NCBI GenBank assembly: GCA_012295275.1
Contig: CM022674.1
Coordinates: 6,262,001 to 6,326,000 of the forward strand
Origin: Chrysomallon squamiferum
Taxonomy: Eukaryota > Animalia > Mollusca
Reading direction: 5' to 3'
DNA: 64,000 bases
In this document: piece by piece, positions 63,031-64,000 of the stretch
Position numbering within the stretch: position 1 is the stretch's first letter
Layout of the letters: every line of letters starts with the position of its first letter
Notes under the pieces: generated by a model
What the model was told of the DNA's origin: nothing
What the model saw: the letters and a program-made list of their open reading frames with translations, nothing else
The model's database searches: none
Program-made: the position numbers and the translations under genes

Positions 63031-64000
63031 TTCTTGATTGTGCTGGGATGGATGGTTTCTGTTTTCTTTCGTTCTGGTTTGTGTGTCTGTAACATCTGTG
63101 TTTTGATACTGTTTTTAAAAAGTTATGTTTTTATTTTGGTTTTATTTGTTTATTTATTTATTTATTTGTGTGTTTGTTTGTTTGTTCCTTTGTTCCTTTG
63201 GGTGTTTAGTTGTCTGTTTTTGTTGTTTTTTTTTCTCTTAGTTTTATTTGATATTATATTTAGTTTTATCATAATTTATTTAATGAGTAATACAAGTTGC
63301 TTTTATTTATTTATTTAGTATTTACTTAGGAAAGGGGTTTCTTGTTCGCCAGCAGAAACTATCTCTGTTTTCATTTTCCTTTTTTATTTTATTTTATTTT
63401 TATTTATTTATTTATTTTTCTTCCGTCTTTGATACTGTCCACTCCTCATTTTCTTCTCCTTTCCTTTCTGTTCTTTCTTCTAAAATACTGTCAAGCAATG
63501 AAATATATACAAACAATTATTCCCTCACCTCTAGCACACTTCTTCGAATCCACAGTCCTTCAAAACCGACCTTCAGTGCACAGAGAATGAAAACTGGGAT
63601 TATTAGCTGAAGGTCGAGTTTGTGCTTGATGTATCGATGTGTCACACAGACGAAGCTGAAAAAAATCCAACATCAAACTGTTCAGCTTGAAAACGATTAG
63701 TCATAATCTAAACTTCTCCACGAGAGTTCAGTGCAATTTACATTCTCTTCCCGTGAATTTGGATCGATGTAATTGTGTTTTATTTTATTTTATTTTATTT
63801 TATTTATTTATTTATTTTTATTGCTATCAGCATTATCATATCATTATTATCATCATCATTTTCATCATCATCACCATTTTAATTATCATCTTCCAGTTTT
63901 ACTGTCAGTGAGTCGGTTCTTATAAAGACTTACTATTGCTAATGAATGAAATTAAAAGCTGGGAAAATGTGACATTTTCTTTCTTCTCTCATACACCGTG

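Noticed and set aside
62664-63095. 143-aa minus-strand ORF as a complete gene
   Set aside because: No recognisable domain; it overlaps a promoter-like CpG island and at most contains a short first exon.

Overview
Eukaryotic, AT-rich, microsatellite-saturated genomic DNA, most likely molluscan (gastropod-type, inferred from the ZP protein and GH9 style). Almost all entries in the ORF track are repeat artefacts; the real genes had to be spliced by hand. (1) 1206-6826 (+): a 9-exon, ~302-aa secreted zona pellucida (ZP) module protein resembling abalone vitelline-envelope ZP proteins, with a furin site and no transmembrane tail. (2) 12148-51994 (+): a head-to-tail array of four intron-containing GH9 endo-beta-1,4-glucanase (cellulase) genes. 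Copy A encodes signal-CBM2-CBM2-Thr/Ser linker-GH9 (~803 aa). Copies B and C encode signal-orphan Ser/Gly/Thr linker-GH9 (~566 and ~572 aa). Copy D is a divergent, linker-less pseudogene. The array records its own history: B looks like a C-5'/A-3' chimera from a ~10.3-kb unequal crossover; the first CBM2 appears to have been deleted between microhomologies; C has changes clustered in substrate-cleft loops; one exon/intron junction was amplified into a 24-bp array of decoy splice donors; and D is disrupted by three locally templated insertions in one exon plus a frameshift. (3) 52-64 kb: repeats plus CpG/ETS-rich promoter-like patches and possible first exons of unidentified genes. All exon coordinates are manual predictions from splice signals, phase and paralog alignment; no database search was run.
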